A stretch of DNA of 64,000 bases from the human T2T-CHM13v2.0 reference genome, Homo sapiens. The stretch lies in NCBI RefSeq assembly GCF_009914755.1, contig NC_060934.1. One strand, 5' to 3'. A program made the position numbers and the translations under genes. Under the pieces are notes generated by a model. The model had not been told where the DNA came from. It was given only the letters and a program-made list of their open reading frames with translations, and searched no databases. Below, piece by piece: positions 1 through 12,952 of the stretch; the stretch's first letter is position 1, and each line of letters starts with the position of its first letter.

Positions 1-119
1 TACTTGGGAGGCTGAGGCAGGAGAATTGCTTGAGGAAGAGGTTGCAGTGAGCTGACATTGCGCCATTGCACTCCAGCCTGGGTGACAGAGCAAGACTCTG
101 TCTCAGAAAAAAAAAAAAA
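1..119 (+). mobile_element. Alu SINE, 3' part of right arm with A-tail (cut by window edge)
   Basis: GGGAGGCTGAGGCAGGAGAATTGCTTGA...GCACTCCAGCCTGGGTGACAGAGCAAGACTCTGTCTC + A-tail. Confidence 0.95.
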
Positions 120-2031
120 TATTAATTAAATAATTTTTACTAGTGTGGTTGTTTTTCTGGAGCTTGGTTCCCTGAAACTCTATATACTGCCTTCGGGAAT
201 GCATGCCCACCAGTCTTACTTGGAAGCAGTGTTTGCTTTGTCTTCTCTTTACTGATGGGGTTCCTCTAAAATTCCCGATATATATTTTTTCTTAATTCAG
301 GAGTGCTTTGGCTTGTTTCAGTTTGAAATCTAAAGATTCACATTTGTATTGCTTTGTTTCAGTCATTAGAGTGTCTGTCCCAAGGTGGTCATGTTCATAT
401 TTATAAAAACTTGAAGCAATCTTCATTAGTTTCCAGGATAAAAATATTGTCTAATTGAAAAGGAAGTTAAAGAGAATTGTAAGGAAAAAGTAGAAATATA
501 AATGAGCAAGGATTATGTTAACAATTTTCTATTTAAAACTAGTTGCTATTAAGTCAAATGAGTAATGGAGATTGGGTATTTAGGTGTAATAAATATTATC
601 ATTTTTAATGTAAGTCTATTTAATATAAAAAATAAAATGCCCAATTTTATAAATCTATAAGTTCAAATTTGCTGAGTTAAGAATCAACTACTTTAGTTGT
701 AGCCTTATCTGTGTATAACAAATTTATATGTATCTGGACATTAAATTTATTGAGACATTAAATTTACTGAGACATTTCCTTGTCTTGATCTTTGATACTC
801 ATTGCGCATTACAGAGAGCTTCATACACAATAGCTTTGCAGGGGCTTAATTTTTTGTATAAATAGCTCTTCAGGAAAAAAAAAGTAACTTTCTTACCAAC
901 ATTTATGTTGAGTCAAGATTAACTAAAATATATTTAATTATCATCTAACTCCAACAATTTACTTAGAGCCACGATAATATTCTCCAGGGAATAAAGAGAT
1001 GTGCACTTTTAGATGGTACAAAATATTCCGTTTCAGAAAAGGATCCTCCCTGTGAAGGTGCACTCTCTCCACTCCACCGTGGCTGCTCAAAATCTCTCAG
1101 CGCAATTTCTGGGCCAGAGCCCCACATTCTGGAAATTTCCTGGCCTGCATACACTTCCTTGCCTCTTTTTTTTTTTTTTTTTTGTCCTTGTCAGGGGCGT
1201 AATCTACTTTAGATGTTTAGCCAATCTTATAATTAATCTGACCTGTTATGTTACCAGAATGCTATATTTTACTTCTTTTTTTTCTTTTCTGCCAGGTGAG
1301 ACTTTTTATTTTAATTTGCTATTCCAATCTCAAACCAGAGACCAACTTGATCATGAGGACATTAAGAACAACCTTAGAAGCAGAATATTTTTAAAGAATT
1401 GCCTGGAATATTATAAAGAGTTATATAATTATATTATGAAGTCTTATACTCCTTCCAACCCCGTGTTTTCAGCTAACACACAATAATTGAGCTTTTATTA
1501 AGTTCAAAGCCTTGCAAATTAAATGAATAAATAAATGAAAGAATAAATCTCTAACAGGATGTACTCATGGGCTTTCAGAGTCTAGTAAAGTCAACCCTAT
1601 ATAAATCTATGGAAGAAACTGTGTTGCATAACAGATGCTTATGTTTGATTGATTTAAATTAAATACTTGTACAACTGATGTTTGTTTAAGGCTATTTATA
1701 AAAAAGAAGAAACATAAACCAAGTTAACTAGAATCTGAGTTTCTTGTTCATCTTTGAATGCCATTCTCCTAGTACAGTTGATAAAAATAATGAGTTTAAT
1801 TCATGTTTGAAACATGAATAAATGACTAAACCAATTGTGATAAGCAAAAACACTTGTATTGAAATCAGAACAGCTATATGTGATTATATACACGGTTTTG
1901 TGTATATGTATACACACAAATGTTAAAAGTTAAATTTTATCATTTCAGTCTCATTAGAAGGCTTTTTCTTCAAATGGTATAACTCAGTTCACCTTTCTTG
2001 CTTATTTCTAGATATATTAAAAGAGGTATTA

Positions 2032-2321
2032 GGAATGGGTGCAGTGGCTCACGCCTGTAATCCCAGCACTTTGGGAGGCCCAGCCTGGAGGATCACTTGA
2101 GCCCAGGAGTGCCAGATTAGCCTGGGAAATATAGGTAGACCCTATCTCTACAAAAATTTTCAAAATCAGCTGGGGATGGTGCTTACCTGAGGTCCCAGCC
2201 ACTCAGAAGAATGAGGTGGGAGGATCGCTTGAGCCCAGGAGGCCGAGGCTACAGTGAGCCACGATTGCACCATTGCACTCCAGCATAGGTGACAGAGCAA
2301 GAAATTGTCTCAAGAAATAAA
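2032..2321 (+). mobile_element. Alu SINE, old AluJ-type
   Basis: Dimeric Alu with J-type GGAGGATCACTTGAGCCCAGGAG in both arms; diverged. Confidence 0.93.
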
Positions 2322-2549
2322 TGAGGGGAGGGGTTTTTTCTAATGGCTCAAAAGAGAAGATTTAACATGTGTCAGAATATATTTTCAATAACAATTTGTT
2401 ATTTGGAAGAAAATGTTTCATTTTCTTTCATTTTCAAGAGGTTTCATTACTTATGAAACCTCTCATTTGGATTAACCACTGGAGCAGCTTGCAAAACCTT
2501 GGTCATGGATATCCATTCAGGAAAGAATGTAAGAGCGTCTAACTTTATA

Positions 2550-4850
2550 TCCTCGTTTCCTTTTGATTCCACTTAAATTATACCACATGAATTATAAAGG
2601 AAATGGCATGGTAAACTCACTGCGACCCTGCAAACTGTAATGGGACCATCAGCATATAGAATTTTTCAACAGATTTCTGAATTGAAGAAAGTTAATGTGC
2701 CCGCCTTGAATAGCACAGTGGAGTAAACTACAGGTAAATATAGGCCTAGAGGGCGTGCACATGGGAGCTGACCTCCAGCAGAACAAAGACACAGAGACCC
2801 TGATCTCTGAAACTGTCAGCGGAATGAGATGCGGGGTGAAAATAGAAGGGTTATTTAAACGTATATCAATATGACTTTCTGTCTACATCCCTGTTCTAAA
2901 TTCATAAATAATGTGGCTACCCACGAAGGGTTCACAGCCATCATTCCTACCTCAGCAACACAGTGGAGGCACATTTATTAAAATATGGACAGAAGTATCC
3001 AGAAAAAATCATGGAGGAAAGCTAATGAGAGTCGTTGACCTCTTAGAACTATGCTGCAAGCTGGAGTGTGGTGTCACCTCCTCCAAACGGTCTGCTCCCA
3101 AATGACTTACCCGCATGCACACACTCATCACAAACCCTCCTGTTATAAGACATAAATGCAAGATCGAGTAGAAACGTACATGCAAGGAAAATCTTTAACA
3201 TTGAATTTAAAATTCCAGTTAAACAGAAAACTATTTCTAAATGAAACAAAGGAAGAAAACCTTAGAAGAATTAGACTTAAATTAGAAGAATTAAACTTAG
3301 AATTTAGAAGAATTCAAGAAGATGTTTTATCCATAAAAGAAGAACTGGATTTTATGGATAAGAAATAATTAGAAAATGTAAAGATTTTTTTAGAAGACAA
3401 TTGTGTTTGCTGAAATTGAGAAAAAAAAGCTTGGAAAATAAGGCTATGGAAGTCTCACAAAATATGAAACTAAATTACAAGGTTCAGAGTATGTGAGAAA
3501 AACATTAAGAGAGAGGAACCCAAGCGAGGGGTCCAACATCTGACTAATAGGGATTTCAAGAAAGAGAACATAGAGAAAGTGAAGGATAGAAAATTAACAA
3601 ATAAATTGGAGAAGGGATCTCTTAGTGACAAAAGGCATGCGTGTTCTAAGAGGAAGCCTTACTAAGTGTTAAACAGCATGTTTTAAAAATACACCCATCT
3701 GTCCAACACTGTGAGCTTGTAGAATTACAATGATAAAGCAAAGATCATGGAAATCCTCATTTCTCATGAATTTCTTCATTGGAAATGAAGATCGCGCTCG
3801 TTGGTATTCCACGTCTACAAGTTAAATTGGACTATTATATAAAATGAGACAACTTCATGAAAGTGTTTTCAGGAAATGCTTATGATACTTTTATATCCTC
3901 ATCTAAAATATGAAGAGCAGAGTCTACCAAGGCAGGCTAGACTGGGAAACATTCAAGCACTGGTGGGTTGATCCTCCCATGCAGATACTCTGGAAGCGTT
4001 GTTTGAGGTCATTCTCCTGGGAAGCGGCGCTAAGCCCAGGCCAAGAGAAAGGGAACCTGGGACGGGAAGAGAAGAGGATCCCGCATGGAGGAGTGATCGG
4101 GGCACATTGCAGGCTGACAGCTGTGGGCACAGACCCAGTACTTTCCATTAGAGCAAAGGGAAGAGGGCCCAGGAAGGAGAGCTCTGTGTAGGGAGAATTC
4201 TTGAGGCTAGACAGTGTGACGAAATGTTGGAAGAAATCAGTCATATGACGAAAGCAGAGAATTCAAGGACATTCTTTAAAATCATGTCAGTGTGAACGCC
4301 AAGAAGCATTTAAGGAAGTTGTCGAAGAAAAGAAATTTCCTCCTAGGAAACTGTTGAATCATTATCTTAGTCTGTAGCAACACTTACACATAATGCTATG
4401 AAGCCCTGTATTGTCAATTAGAATCAATGGGCAGATAAAACAGGAGAGAGTGACGTTTAATAGTGTAATGGAAATGTTACTGAACCGAACATTGAAAAAT
4501 ATAGTCAACAAAGAGAGACAAGGTGAACGCAGGTGGGGGCACATTGACATCCTTATTGTACAAAGTGCAGAATCTAAATATGGACTCCAAATCTGATGAA
4601 AAATCAAAAGTAGTTTAACTATAGATCCTTAAAAATCACCCAGTTAATCGACAGGTGTTGAATTGCACTGAGAAGGTAGACAGGCAGACAGGTGGTGGGC
4701 AGTGTGAACTAACGGAACCACCACCTGTAATGCTAAACAGATAATCATAAAGTAGCCACTCGTTTCTCCTCTTTACTGCCATATATGGAGGCAACTTCCA
4801 GAACAACTTAAAACAGGTGTATAAATGTTAAACATTTTGAAACTGGTGTT
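2550..4850 (+). mobile_element. HAL1 / ancient L1 ORF1-like relic (boundaries approximate)
   Basis: GTCCAACATCTGACTAATAGGGATTTCAAGAAAGAGAAC (L1 ORF1 motif region); coiled-coil-like ORF remnant 3156-3368; 3970-4190 resembles the HAL1 downstream segment (CTCCCATGCA...GACAGCTGTG...TTAGAGCA). Confidence 0.65.
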
Positions 4851-6248
4851 TTGGGATCTACTGGGGATGAGGAGATTCAGGGTTATGGAGTAAACAAAAG
4901 TCTGTTTAATCAGTAATCCCATAACAATTTGATTTGGCAACTATCTATTATTTCCAAAATAATTCAATTTACAAGTTAAACACGGTAGTGGAGGTGTGAT
5001 TTTTAATTTGTAGATAAGAACATTGAATCTTATAATGCAAGGTAGCTTTGCCCCACATCTGGCTAGTGGAGAAGAAAGGGCTGGACAGCCTGTCTTGGTC
5101 TCATGCTCTTTGCCCCAAAATACAGTAAAGGAGGTTGTGAGGTGGAAGTTTCCAGGAAGGCTGGTGATTCTGTCAGACTCATATTCTGGGAAAACAACGT
5201 TCAACCCAAGCCGACATTGATATTGTCCAGAGGTTGGGCTAAAGAGGGTGAGGAGAGCCCCACAAGACTTCCTTCACACGTAGAGTGGGTATGGTTCCCA
5301 CTGAGAAAGAACTATGCCATTTGCTGCTTGCTTAGAACTGAGAGTTATTATTTTTTCCTTTCCTGCTAGAATGAAGGAAAAATGGGCTCTGGATAAGAGT
5401 CTGCTACTCATTTTAAATACCTAATAAAAGTCCTGCATATGCACTTGAAGTGCCATCCCTGCGGGGAGGAAAGGAGAAGCCCAGGAAATATTTGAACGCA
5501 GGTTTGAGGTTATTTGAATGACTAACGAAACTACTAACAACATTTATTCCTAATGAAAATGAAGATATGATTAGAGTTTCTTTTTAAGCGAGCACAGCAT
5601 CTCCTGGCAACCACTGATTTTATTTGAAAAGAAGTGCCTTTACCATATCATAAGGTGTTTACCTGACTCTGGGACTCAATTGTTAAAATATTGAAGTATT
5701 GTGACTTATAGTAATCAAGTCTGCATGCAATTTTCTCTATAAAATAATTGTAAGCTTCCACTGTATTGAAGTGGAAAGCTTCCACTGTATTTCTTTCTAA
5801 TAAAAAACCCATGTGAAAGAGGGGAAATTTTCATTAAATTCTAAAAGAATTGTTTGTTTGATTACCATCTAACATGTAGAAAATTTTGCAAGAATTTAAA
5901 TCTGAGAGATGTCATAATTAATCACTATTTCTTATTCTAACAGACAGCATAATACACATAAATTAGTACTGATGGGGAAAATAATTCAGTAATATGTGGT
6001 TTATAGGTAGATTTTTTTTCTGAATATCTTTGGAAAATGTACAATTTTCAGAAGAGGGCCAAGTCCATAAATGTGTGAACTGTGAGGTCCTGTGTCACCT
6101 TCTTTTGTCCTGTGTCACATACTTCAAACTTCTGCTTGTACAGTTTCTAATCATAAATTTTTATACATAAAACTGAAGATTGGTGATAAGATGATGAAGT
6201 ATAAATAAATTGCTTTATAGTATTTAAAGTATAATAGACATTCTTTTA

Positions 6249-6582
<334 letters not shown>

Positions 6583-7298
6583 CATCAGTGTTTAACGTGA
6601 AGAGGAGAAAGATTGAGATATCTGTTCATTATATGTAGATAAATTAAATGTTTTATCATCTCTACTCCTTTTGTCAATATAAAAGTTACACATTTTTAAT
6701 AAACATACAATGATCACAGAGATGGTTGAAGGTGTCTGTACCCGCTTTCCACCTTAGCAACAGTTAATCACTGCTGTCGTTTGCTGCATAATTTTCCAGA
6801 TGAGTTTTCTTTGTTACAGTAAAATGCTTTATATTTCCAGTAGATGTGCCTTTTTGTGACTATAGCTTTCCCACTTATCAGCATATTGTATATTTGGCAT
6901 CTTTTCAACTGTTCTTTAAAGACACATTGCCATCAGAGAGGCTTAAACTGCTTTCAATAAGATCTTTTTTTAGACTTAAAAAGTTCTTAAGATTAGTCTA
7001 AACAGTATTACTATACTGTTCAACATATAAATATACTATTTAAATGTGGCTGTAGTCTTGGGGATTATAGGAAAACAGAACATGAATGATATATTAAGAA
7101 AAAGGTAACATGAGATGGCAAGTAGTAATGAGAAAAAACAAAGACTTTGAAGACTGCCATAGTTAATGTCCCCGCTGTTAGTCTCTATGTATTTAAAGAA
7201 AAAAAAAAAGCTAACTACTTCTTTTATTAAAATACCCAGTCTGTTAGCAACCATGTGACATATATAGTATATGAAATACCAATATCCATTCAAGGAAA

Positions 7299-7624
7299 TT
7301 TATTTATTTATTTAGCTATTTATTTATTTATTTATTTATTTTTGAGACAGGGTCTTGCTCTGTCGCCCAGGCTGGAGTGCAGTGGTGCAATCTTGGTTCA
7401 CTGCAACCTCTTCCTCCTAGGTTCAGGTGACTCTGTGCCTCAGCTTCCCAAGTAGCTGGGATTAGAGGCATGTGCCACCACGCCCAGCTAATTCTTGTAT
7501 TTTTGGTGCAGATGGGGTTTTACCCTGTTAGGCAGGCTGGTATTGAACTCCTGGCGTCAAGTGATAAGTCTGCCTCGGCCTCCCAAAGGGGTGGGATTAC
7601 AGGTGTGAGACACCGCGCCTGGCC
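7299..7624 (-). mobile_element. Alu SINE, antisense, (TTTA)n tail
   Basis: (TTTA)n-TTGAGACAGGGTCTTGCTCTGTCGCCCAGGCTGGAGTGCAGTGG...CACCGCGCCTGGCC. Confidence 0.96.
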
Positions 7625-7709
7625 TCATTTCAGTAATTTTAACAGTGCAGTTGTCTTCCCTCATTGCCCCTTGATCCCAGAAAGCCTGATGGATAGAATG
7701 GCTATCTGT

Positions 7710-8008
7710 AGAGAGGGAGGGAGGAGGAGAAAGAGAGAGAGAAAGAAGAGAGAGGGAGGACAGATAGAGAGACTGGGGCATAAAGAAGGAGAGAAGGAGG
7801 GAGGGAGAGGGGGAGAAGAGAGAGGGAGGAGGAGTGGAAGAGAGAGAGAGAAAGAGAAAGAGAGAGAAAGAGGGAGGTAGAGAGCAAGAGAGGGTAGAGA
7901 GAGGAGGAGGGAGGGAAGGAGAGACACATAGAGAGGGAGAGAGAGAAGGAGCTAGGGAGAGTGGGGGAAAGAGGGGGAGGGAAGAAGAAGGAGAATAGGA
8001 GAAGTAAA
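7710..8008 (+). repeat. ~300 bp GA-rich polypurine low-complexity tract
   Basis: Almost only G/A (GAGAGGGAGG, AGAGAGAAAG...) with few pyrimidines. Confidence 0.95.
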
Positions 8009-9126
8009 AATTAACCAGGGAAATGAAATCACATTTGTTTTTAAAGAAGGGAAGAATAGCAACATTTTTAAAGTGGATGGAATTAAACCTGGAAAATGAA
8101 ACTGAATAATATTAGAAGAGTTGGTGGGGTAAGGGAACCAGAGGCCCGCCGGGTAACGCCCTCTAGAAGGCTAAGGGCTTTTCTGGAGAAGCAGGGCCAG
8201 CCCCTCCCTGCTGCCTGGGAAGGTGGAACTCGGGGTGCTGGGGAAGGCTGAGGCCTGGAAGTGCTGCTGGTCTGGGCGATGTCTCATCTGACTACTGCAA
8301 AGGGAAGCAGGAACACCGCAGCTACGGGGGAGGATGCGCTGGGGCTGTAGTGAGTGCAGAGACGGGGTACTGGGTGAAATGATGGGCTAGGGATGGCGGC
8401 CCTGAGTGCACCCGGAACTTCTGGCGACTGCGCAGATCCACTCGGGGCTGGGGGGGTTCTCACCGATGCAGTAAATGGCTGTGCATTCCCCCCATTTTTA
8501 ATTACAGAGAAAGGAAGTGTTACTTTGCAGCAGACTTGCATCTCTTCAAAAACTCCTCTATTACAGGCAGCAAAATGCCCCGCCAGGCAGACAGAAGTGA
8601 AATCCCCTGGCAGTGATGCACATGAAGCTCTGGGTATCAGTAGTTCACATTTAATAATATGCCCGTCATAAAACTCATAACCTAAATTCAAAAGCCTTTC
8701 AAAAACACTCAGTAAGGTGGAATACAAGGGCAGTACTAATTATAAACTGTGGGGAGTTATGTAGGGAGATTAACGCACCTCAGCAAATATGTTTTCCTGA
8801 GACCCAGTGCGGGCTGGAGCTCTAGTCCACGGATTGTCCGAGGCCTCTTTATTGCCGCTTCGAGGCGCGTGTGGTCGGGGGTTTACATATTCATTAAGCA
8901 GCCAGCTCGGAGCCGCACTTCAACAGGTCATGAGCGCCCACGGAGATGAATCAGCTACTGGCACCAACCACCACCACAGCCATATGCAGCGGAGTTTATT
9001 TTATTTTATTTTATTTTATGTGTATTTCTCCAGACCACCCACTAAATTTTATTTCTTTTTCCAGGCTGCGTCCCTACGCTTAGTTCAGAAACAAGACACG
9101 ATATTGCACTCCTGTTTTCACACTTA

Positions 9127-9436
<310 letters not shown>

Positions 9437-9639
9437 GTATAATAACATTGATTTCTGATCTGTCTTCATTTGGGATTATATGTTTAGAGGCCAGTGACTT
9501 GAAAATGGGATGGGCCTGAAAGAAGGAGATAATAGAATTATCCAAATGGATTTGTTCAAGTCTGCAATATTGGATGAGAATGCAAATGTATGCAGCTGAA
9601 AAATGCATCTCCCTTTTTTCCAGATTAAAGCATCTTTCA

Positions 9640-10580
9640 GTGTGTGAGTGCTGGGTATTCTTGTGATCTTTCACCATGCAAGTGCTGTGTGTTCTTGTGA
9701 GTAGGAAACTTTCACTGCACTTATCTCCAGGCAACGTTTAATATTACAGTTCTTACATTTTCATCCACTGAGGCAGGTGTGTGCTGGTTATGTCTCTGCA
9801 GATTTAATTTGCATTTTTTGAGGGATAGTGTGTTTGAGTACTTTTATATACACTTACTGACCACTTGAAAACAGTCTTTTGTGCAGTACTCTTTATGAAT
9901 TTCCCCTAAATTATAATGGGTTATTTATCTTTGTATTGCTCTGTAAAAATACTTTGTCTATTTTGAATGCTATTCATTGTTGATTCTAAGTGTTGAAAAA
10001 TCTTCTAGGCTATGGCTTGACATTTGACTTTCTTAATACTGTCTTTTGATAAATGGAAATGCTTAATGCCTTGGCTTCTCTTTATAAATTGTACCTACGC
10101 TGATGTCATGGACATATTTTATTTTGTTAACTTTATTAACTTCCACAGGTAGGTTTAAAGACAACCTGTTACTTACTTTTCTGTTACGTTTTGTGTCAGA
10201 GGTGAAGAGACCCTTCTTTCCGTACAGCACCACGTGTCCATCATTTACTGCTAAAATAGTGCTGCACAGGGAGCCACACTGAAGCCCAGTGACTTGAGAG
10301 AATGAGAGCTTACCCAGCGTGCCAGGCGGAGGGTCAGCGGTTGAGGCTGGACGGGCCTCAGGCGCTCCAGCACCTGCTTGTGGGTCAGCTGAAATACGGC
10401 AGAAGAGACTAGACTATGCCACTTGGGTCTCATTTTCTTCTCTGCATCTATTGATCTAAAGATATGACTATGTCATTTTATTTCTAGTTTGTTAATTGAA
10501 ATGTAACAAAATCATTTTTTAGCTTGAATCATCATTGCATCGCTACAGTAATTCTAAGCTGGATTTGATGCATTGCTCTT
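9640..10580 (-). mobile_element. Old L1 (L1M-type) fragments, antisense
   Basis: TTTAATTTGCATTT...GAGTACTTTTATATACACTTACTGACCACTTG and TCTTCTCTGCATCTATTGA...CATTGCATC resemble antisense L1 ORF2. Confidence 0.55.
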
Positions 10581-10590
10581 AATTTTTACA

Positions 10591-10880
10591 TTTCTTTCTT
10601 TCTTTATTTTTGAGACAGGGTCCCACTCTGTTGCCCAGGCGGGAGTGCAGTGGTGCAATCATGGTTCAGTGAAGCCTCGACCTCTTGGGTTCAAGTGATC
10701 CTCCCACCTCAGCCTCCCATGTAGCTGGGACTACAGGCATGGACTACAGCCATTTCCAATTTTTTTTTTCTTTTTTGTAGAGATGGCCCAGGCTGCTCTC
10801 AAACTCCAGAGCTCAAGTGATCCGCCTACCTTGGCCTCTCAAAGTGCTGGGATTATAGGCATGAACCACTGTGCCTGGCC
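10591..10880 (-). mobile_element. AluJ-type SINE, antisense, with TSD
   Basis: Alu body; flanks AATTTTTACATTTCT (10581-10595) and AATTTTGGCATTTCT (10881-10895). Confidence 0.95.
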
Positions 10881-10907
10881 AATTTTGGCATTTCTGAATT
10901 AGATTTG

Positions 10908-11143
10908 TGTGACAGCTAATTTTATATGTCAACTGGGCTGAGCTATGGTGTCCAGCCATTTGGTCCAACAACAGTCTAGACGTGGCCTTGAAGACATTTT
11001 GTGATATGATTGACACTTGCATCCATGGACTTCAAGCAAAGCAGATTATTCTTCACAATGTGTCCTTCTCTAAATAGCTGCAGTTCTTGAGTGCAGACTG
11101 AGCTCTCCTGGGAAGGAAGGACTTTGTCTCCCTAGACCTCTCT

Positions 11144-11145
<2 letters not shown>
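10908..11145 (+). mobile_element. MLT2-family (ERVL) LTR, 5' part
   Basis: TGTGACAGCTAATTTTATATGTCAACTGGGCTGAGCTATGG...AAAGCAGATTATTCTTCACAATGTG matches the MLT2 LTR start. Confidence 0.8.
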
Positions 11146-11179
<34 letters not shown>

Positions 11180-11190
11180 ATGTGTGTGTA
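11146..11190. repeat. (TG)n microsatellite
   Basis: ~16 pure GT units plus an interrupted extension. Confidence 0.98.
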
Positions 11191-11194
11191 CGTT

Positions 11195-11910
11195 CTGGGG
11201 CCCAGAACAATCAGAAAGTCTGTAGCAAATCCAGCTTCGTGCAAGCTGATGTGCTGCTTGATCTGCTGCTTAGGCCATGTGATCCAGCAGACCCAACGGA
11301 GCCTGAAGTGTCTGTGGCAGAGAGGGATGCTGCATGGGGCCTTTGCTGAATTGTAGTGAAGGCCTTTAGGATTTTGGAGGAAGGCCTTGCCATCATCCCA
11401 GATGACTACTCTCCTGTTGAGAGAAAGCTCAGTGTTGTCCTGTTACTGGGTTTTAATAGAAGCTGGCCACCTGACCATGGACCACCTACTTGCTGTGTGA
11501 CCTGAGCTGCCCAGCATAAGCTGGGGACGCTGACCCACCACTCTACAACACTGGGGGTGCACAGCTACCCTCCATCCTCAAACAGAAGCAACAGAGCGTG
11601 ACCAGTGCTGAGCAGGTCCTGGAGACACAAGTAAGTCACACGAGGCAGTGGCCTAAGAGCCCATGGGCCCCACTGCAGCCTCACTGCCTTCTTTCCCCAA
11701 ACCTGCACCTGTGGCCTCATGGGGAGATCCCTAGGATCCGTTGACAGAGGAAGAGAAGACCTGGGCCTGAGTTACAGATGGTTCTGCACGGCATGCAGGC
11801 AGCACACAGGAGTGGATGCTGGCAGCACCAAGCCCCTGTGAGGTGTCCCCAAAGGACAACGGACAACGGAAATCCCCCCAGGGCAGAACTCCAGCAGTGC
11901 CCATGGATGT
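11195..11910 (+). mobile_element. ERVL internal pol fragment (RT connection / RNase H region), degenerate
   Basis: Translates in pieces to RPCDPADPTEPEVSVAERDAAWGL, GFWRKALPSSQ and LTEEEKTWA-VTDGSA, matching HERV-L pol motifs GPYDPADPMVLEVSVADRDAVWSL, GFWSKALPSS and LTEEEKTRAWFTDGSA; frameshifts and stops present. Confidence 0.88.
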
Positions 11911-11934
11911 TCTTTTTTATTCTTCTTGTTTTTT

Positions 11935-11990
11935 CATGTGTGTGTGTGTGTGTGTGTGTGCGCGCACATGTACGTGTGTGTGTAGAGAGA
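11935..11990. repeat. (TG)n(CG)n compound microsatellite
   Basis: (TG)12 CGCGCACATGTACG (TG)n then GA units. Confidence 0.97.
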
Positions 11991-12288
11991 GATGATAATT
12001 ATCGTCTTCTATTTAGAATATATTGCCTTTAATGTTTTATTTCCTAGTCATGTCAAATATTTGTGTTGTAAGCAAACAGTATCTGAATTTGCCCCATAAA
12101 TGCATCTTTATTTATTCAAATATTAATACAGGTAAAATAATCTTTGTGTATCTATTATGATAACTTGAACTCGTCAGGGTGGTAATGACACAATAGGGGT
12201 GCAGCCATTAGAACAGATATGTGTGAAGAAGAAACACAGAAGTAAGGATTCTAACTTCCCAGGACCCATGTGCCCTTTTCTAAAACTT

Positions 12289-12439
12289 ATTTTATTTTTG
12301 TACATATATATACTTTTAGTAGAGATGGGGTTTCACCATGCTGTCCAGGCTGGTCTCAAATTCGTGGACTCAAATGATCCATCCACTTTAGTCTCCCGAA
12401 GTGCTGGGATTATAAAGCATGGGCCACTAAGTCTGCCCC
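12289..12439 (-). mobile_element. Alu left monomer / FLAM, antisense
   Basis: TAGTAGAGATGGGGTTTCACCATG...AAGTGCTGGGATTATA; single arm; ACTTATTTT on both flanks. Confidence 0.85.
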
Positions 12440-12646
12440 GTACTTATTTTTTAAATGAATAGTCTTTGCTTTGAGGAGCCCCTCCTGTGTTCATGGGCCC
12501 CACCTTCATGTGTCATCATGGGATAGGCTGGATCCGCTGACATGAAGAAGGTGGTTATTCAAAACACACAGCAACGATAAGCAACAAAATTTAGACCCTG
12601 AAAAATCAAGACGAATACCAAAGCACCTGATAAAATTATTGCATTT

Positions 12647-12952
12647 GGCAGGGTGTGGTGGGTCACACCTGTAATCCCAGCACTTTGGGAGGCTGAGGTG
12701 GGCAGATCTCTTGAGCCCAGAAGTCCAAGACTAGCCTGGGCAACATAGCAAGACCCCATCTCTACAAAAAAATACAAAAATGAGCCAGGCATGGTGGCAC
12801 ACACCAGTGGTCCCAGCTACTCGGGAGGCTGAGGTGGGAGGATCACCTGAGCATGGGGAGGGTGAGGCTGCAGTGAGCCAAGACAACACCACTGCACTCT
12901 AGCCTGGGCAACAGAGTGAGCCCTTGTCTCAAAAAATAATAATAAAAAATAA
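12647..12952 (+). mobile_element. AluJ-type SINE
   Basis: Full dimer with TTGAGCCCAG and GGAGGATCACCTGAG; flanks ATTATTGCATTT / ATAACTGCATTT. Confidence 0.95.

Noticed and set aside
3156-3368. Coiled-coil-like 70 aa ORF
   Set aside because: It lies within the decayed HAL1/L1 ORF1 relic and includes a small local tandem duplication; not an independent gene.
7470-7929. Overlapping ORFs rich in R/E/G or S/L/P
   Set aside because: They are translations of an Alu plus the GA low-complexity tract.
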